A DNA stretch of 38,597 nucleotides, taken from the NCBI RefSeq assembly GCF_004010195.1, contig NC_057719.1, forward strand, positions 37,451,777 through 37,490,373, in the 5' to 3' direction. How positions within the stretch are numbered: the first letter of the stretch is position 1; each line of letters begins with the position of its first letter. The translations under genes were made by a program, and so were the position numbers. Shown piece after piece: positions 35,491-38,597 of the stretch. The notes beneath the pieces are model-generated. The model did no database searches. It was not told where the DNA came from and was given only the letters and a program-made list of their open reading frames with translations. The stretch comes from Chiloscyllium plagiosum. Taxonomy: Eukaryota.

Positions 35491-35946
35491 AATATGTTAA
35501 AGGTGTTAGCCCCCTGTGTTCTCTGTCTATGACCTGATGTTTAGATTGATTCTAATCTAAAAAGTGAGATAACAGAGTTTTACATAAATTCACTAGCTCC
35601 GAAAGCTAGTGTCCTTCCAATTAAACCTGTTGGACTATAACCTGGTGCTGTGTGATTTTTAACTTTGTACACCCCAGTCCAACACCGGCATCTCCAAATC
35701 ACCTTAACAATGGTGATAGCTATTGTCTAGCTATTGTCCAGCTATCACCATTGTTAACAGCTAACCCGAGAATGCAACTTTTTAAAAAAAGGTTTTGTGA
35801 TTTACACATGAAAGATGTGAAACTATCACTGTATTCTAACAGATGAAAGGCTTAACAGACAATCAATTTTTCAATGTATAATTTCAGTTACATCACACTG
35901 AAAATTTTTGCTATAAATTCTGTGTTACGATTGAGCCCTCCACAAT

Positions 35947-35981
35947 CACCTGATGAAGGAGCGTCACTCCGAAAGCTAGTG
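35947..35981 (+). ncRNA. Minimal type I hammerhead ribozyme motif (family B, intact core)
   Basis: CAC CUGAUGA A GGAG CGUCA CUCC GAAA G C U A GUG. Confidence 0.72.
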
Positions 35982-36414
35982 TGCTTCCAATTAAACCTGT
36001 TGGATTATAACCTGGTGTTGTGTGATTTTTAATTGAATAATTAAAGAGATTCAAACTGGTTCTTCCAGTTTTCTACTGAAAATAAAAGCAATGTCCACAG
36101 AGTACAATGAGGAAAAAAAGTTCTTGCAGTGATTGTCTATCTTTAGTCCGCCAACACACTTTTAAATATAAAAATAATGTTTTGTTTTCCAGCACCTTTT
36201 CATAAGGAAACAATCTGTATCGATAGATATAAAGGCTCAGAAAGAAACTGGCTTGACTTTGAGCACTCATGGTGTCAAGGGTGAGCTGCTTTTGTCAAAC
36301 CCAACAGAATACAGTGAGTGAAATCAATGACTGATTTCTGATACATGCTTTCAGTTGATGGAACTGCATTCGAAACAATAATAAGTAATTACTTCAATCT
36401 TAATGCGAGGCTAA

Positions 36415-36505
36415 GTCATACTGGACGCCAAATGTTAATTGATTTACTCTTCACAGATGCTGCCACACCTTCCTGAGTTTCTCCAATACTTTGTTTGCAT
36501 TTTAT
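36415..36505 (+). mobile_element. Old Penelope-like terminal-repeat fragment
   Basis: AAATGTTAA..CACAGATGCTGCCACACCTTCCTGAGTTTCTCCAATACTTTGTTT is similar to 14775-14850. Confidence 0.55.
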
Positions 36506-36781
36506 TTATGATAGAGACACCCTTCAGTACCCATGAACAGCTTGGCTGGCTGGACATGCAGGTGAAAGCTGTGTTAAAGTTTCCAATCATTAAAATGAAA
36601 AGCCAAGAAACCAGGAGCAGCTCGGTCCCAAATTTACCAAAAATATTTTTGCCAAGTTTTTACGCCCATGTACTTGAGAGGAAAATCTGCCGCCTACTGT
36701 CAACTTGGCTCAGTTGGTGGTACTCTTCAGAAGCTTATGCATTGATGCCGTGCTGTGTAAATTATTTGTTCAGACATCATT

Positions 36782-36865
36782 GAAAAGTGTGGTACTGGAA
36801 AAACACAGCTGGTCAGGTAGCATCCGAGGAGCAGGAGAGTCGACGTTTCCAGCATAGACCCCTTC
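36782..36865 (-). mobile_element. Penelope-like family A single arm
   Basis: GAAAAGTGTGGTACTGGAAAAACACAGCTGGTCAGGTAGCATCCGAGGAGCAGGAGAGTCGACGTTTC..CCCTTC; truncated within the hammerhead core. Confidence 0.85.
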
Positions 36866-36869
36866 GTTT

Positions 36870-36980
36870 CTCCAACATGTTCAGACATGTCAGACATATT
36901 ATAACATAACTTTGGGACAGATGGCTCTTGAAGATTGTCTATTGGTTTAGAAGTAGGGACCTCACCACTGCACCATAACA
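36870..36980 (-). mobile_element. Short tRNA-derived SINE-like fragment
   Basis: Minus TGGTGCAGTGGTGAGGTCCCTACTTCT (A-box-like head), similar to the fragment at about 18395-18460. Confidence 0.45.
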
Positions 36981-36995
36981 CCATTTAAAATGTAA

Positions 36996-37069
36996 TACCC
37001 GATGTAGGGTTTGAAACCAAGACCCTGAGATTAAGAGTCTTTGTGCACCACCGACTGAGATTACCCTAC
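36996..37069 (-). pseudogene. tRNA-Lys(CTT) pseudogene
   Basis: Minus GTAGGGTAATCTCAGTCGGTGGTGCACAAAGACTCTTAATCTCAGGGTCTTGGTTTCAAACCCTACATCGGGTA aligns with vertebrate tRNA-Lys-CTT; anticodon arm is recognisable, acceptor stem broken, TTTT shortly downstream. Confidence 0.8.
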
Positions 37070-37144
37070 GTCCTTTTAAATTCTACAAACTGCGATGGTG
37101 GAATTTAAACCATTCCCCAAAGCATTAGACTGGGCCCCTGGATT

Positions 37145-37762
37145 CGAGATTCTTGCTCCCTGTTCGGATGAGGAAAAGGGCTCTGGACAGGATGAGCCAA
37201 CTGACCAAGGCACCATGGTGCAGAAGGCCATTCAAGAGGGGGGAGCTAATAGACAAGTAGTGGTTATAGGGGATTCTATAATTAGGGGGACAGATAGTAT
37301 CCTTTGCAAGCCGGATCGGGAGTCTCGCATGGTGTGTTGCCTGCCCGGTGCCAGGGTGCGAGACATCTCCGACCGGCTTGAAAGGATATTGGAGCGGGAG
37401 GGGGAGGATCCAGTTGTTGTGGTCAACGTTGGTACTTGAGAGGCAAGACTAGGGTGGAGGACCTGTTTGGGCATTATGAAGCACTAGGCAGGAAATTGAA
37501 GCACAGGTCCTCAAGGGTCATAATCTCCGGATTACTGCTCGAGCCACATGCCAATTGGCATAGGGACAAGAAAATTAGGCAAGTAAACACGTGGCTAAGG
37601 GATTGGTGTGGGAAAGAGGGATTCCACTTCATGGGGCATTGGCATCAGTTTTGGAACAGGGGGGATCTGTACCGTTGGGACGGTCTCCACCTGAACCGAT
37701 CAGGTACCAATGTTCTAGCAAAGAGGGTAAATAGGGTGGTCAGTAGGACTTTAAACTTCTGA
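37145..37762 (+). pseudogene. CR1 ORF1 with SGNH/GDSL esterase domain, frameshifted at about 37437
   Basis: VVVIGDSIIRG, CCLPGARVRDI and VVVNVGT, then after the shift IISGLL and LYRWDGLHLNRSG, ending at stop 37762. Confidence 0.9.
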
Positions 37763-37797
37763 GTTGGGGGGAAGGGAAAGTGAAAGCAACAGGGAGT

Positions 37798-38597
37798 ATG
37801 GAGGTAAATGGCAAGATAAACAGCAGGATAGCATGTTTCCAGGCGGATTTAAAATTGAGGCAGACTGAGAATACAGTAAAAAGCAAGGATAACTTAGGAC
37901 ATATGACTTCCAACATCTCTAATGATAAGGAAGTTAGCATTAAGGCACTTTACCTGAATGCTCGTACCATACATAACAAAGCCGATGAACTAATGACACA
38001 GATAATAGTGAATGATTATGATGTAGTAGGCATCACAGAGACTTGGTTACAGGGGGGTCAGGACTGGCAGTTAAACCTCCATGGTTTTACAACTTATCGA
38101 AAAGACAGAGAGGTGGGCAGAGGGGGTGGGGTTGCCTTGTTAGTTAAGAACAAAATTAAATCTATGGTATTGAATGACATAGCGTCGGATGATGTGGAGT
38201 CTGTGTGGGTGGAATTGAGGAACCACAAAGGCAAAAAAAACAGAATTGGAGTTGTGTATAGACCTCCTAACAGTGGTCAGGACCAGGGACACAACATGTA
38301 CCGGGAAATAGAGAAGGAATGTCAGAAAGGCAAGGTTACATTGATCATGGGAGACTTCAATATGAAGGTGGACTGGGTAAATAATGTTGTTAGTGGATCT
38401 AAAGAAAGGGAATTCATGGAATGCTTACACGATGGCTTTTTGGAACAGCTTGTCATGGAGCCCACAAGAGAGCAGGCTATTCTGAACCTAGTGCTTTGCA
38501 ATGAACCAGACTCTATAAAAGATCTTAAAGTAAAGGAACCCTTAGGAAGTAGCGACCATAATATGATAGAGTTCAGTCTGGAGTTTGAAAGGCAGAA
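37798..38597 (+). CDS. CR1 ORF2 N-terminal APE endonuclease domain, open to window end
   Basis: Manual translation from ATG 37798 has no stop: ALYLNARTIHNK, DVVGITETW, RKDR..GGGVALLVK, GVVYRPP, IMGDFN, EPTREQAILNLV, GSSDHNMIEF. Confidence 0.92.
   Translation, partial: MEVNGKINSRIACFQADLKLRQTENTVKSKDNLGHMTSNISNDKEVSIKALYLNARTIHNKADELMTQIIVNDYDVVGITETWLQGGQDWQLNLHGFTTYRKDREVGRGGGVALLVKNKIKSMVLNDIASDDVESVWVELRNHKGKKNRIGVVYRPPNSGQDQGHNMYREIEKECQKGKVTLIMGDFNMKVDWVNNVVSGSKEREFMECLHDGFLEQLVMEPTREQAILNLVLCNEPDSIKDLKVKEPLGSSDHNMIEFSLEFERQ

Larger units (their letters stand above)
34943..36032. mobile_element. Penelope-like family B compound inverted element with 13-bp TSD
   Basis: TTGAATAATTAAA at 34930-34942 and 36033-36045; about 300-bp inverted arms (34980-35281 vs about 35732-36032); extra direct 3' end copy at 35596-35700. 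Confidence 0.92.

Noticed and set aside
8577..36865. Recurring similar short peptides (CCWKSTAGQAAS, LLGCCLTCCAFPA) as a small-protein family or CRISPR-like repeats
   Set aside because: They are incidental translations of the dispersed family A repeat; there is no regular repeat-spacer array and the context is eukaryotic.

Overview
Repeat-rich vertebrate genomic DNA, very probably shark: it carries HE1-type V-SINEs, Deu-domain SINEs, abundant CR1 LINEs and Penelope-like elements. The only recognisable host gene is the first coding exon of EML1 on the minus strand (13273-13339, MEDGFSGYSSLYDTSSLLQFCT, phase-1 donor). It has a CpG-rich promoter region, a canonical RFX X-box, a short uORF, and a candidate alternative phase-1 first exon at 4478-4586. 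The rest is intronic/upstream DNA filled with nested CR1, L2, L1, SINE, Harbinger and Penelope-like (PLE) remnants, plus a 365-N gap. The most striking structure is about a dozen PLE-derived inserts from three sequence-unrelated families. They carry ultra-minimal hammerhead-ribozyme motifs (CUGAnGA-stem II-GAAA) in which stem III is reduced to a self-complementary tetramer (ACGU or AGCU), implying dimeric folding. Many inserted as fold-back palindromes, most with 12-15 bp target-site duplications, a near-constant 35-44 nt unpaired tail, and inversion breakpoints that repeatedly fall inside the ribozyme. PLE hammerheads are known in general; the breakpoint and tail regularities are the part most worth testing. 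All family assignments come from motif recognition, not database searches.
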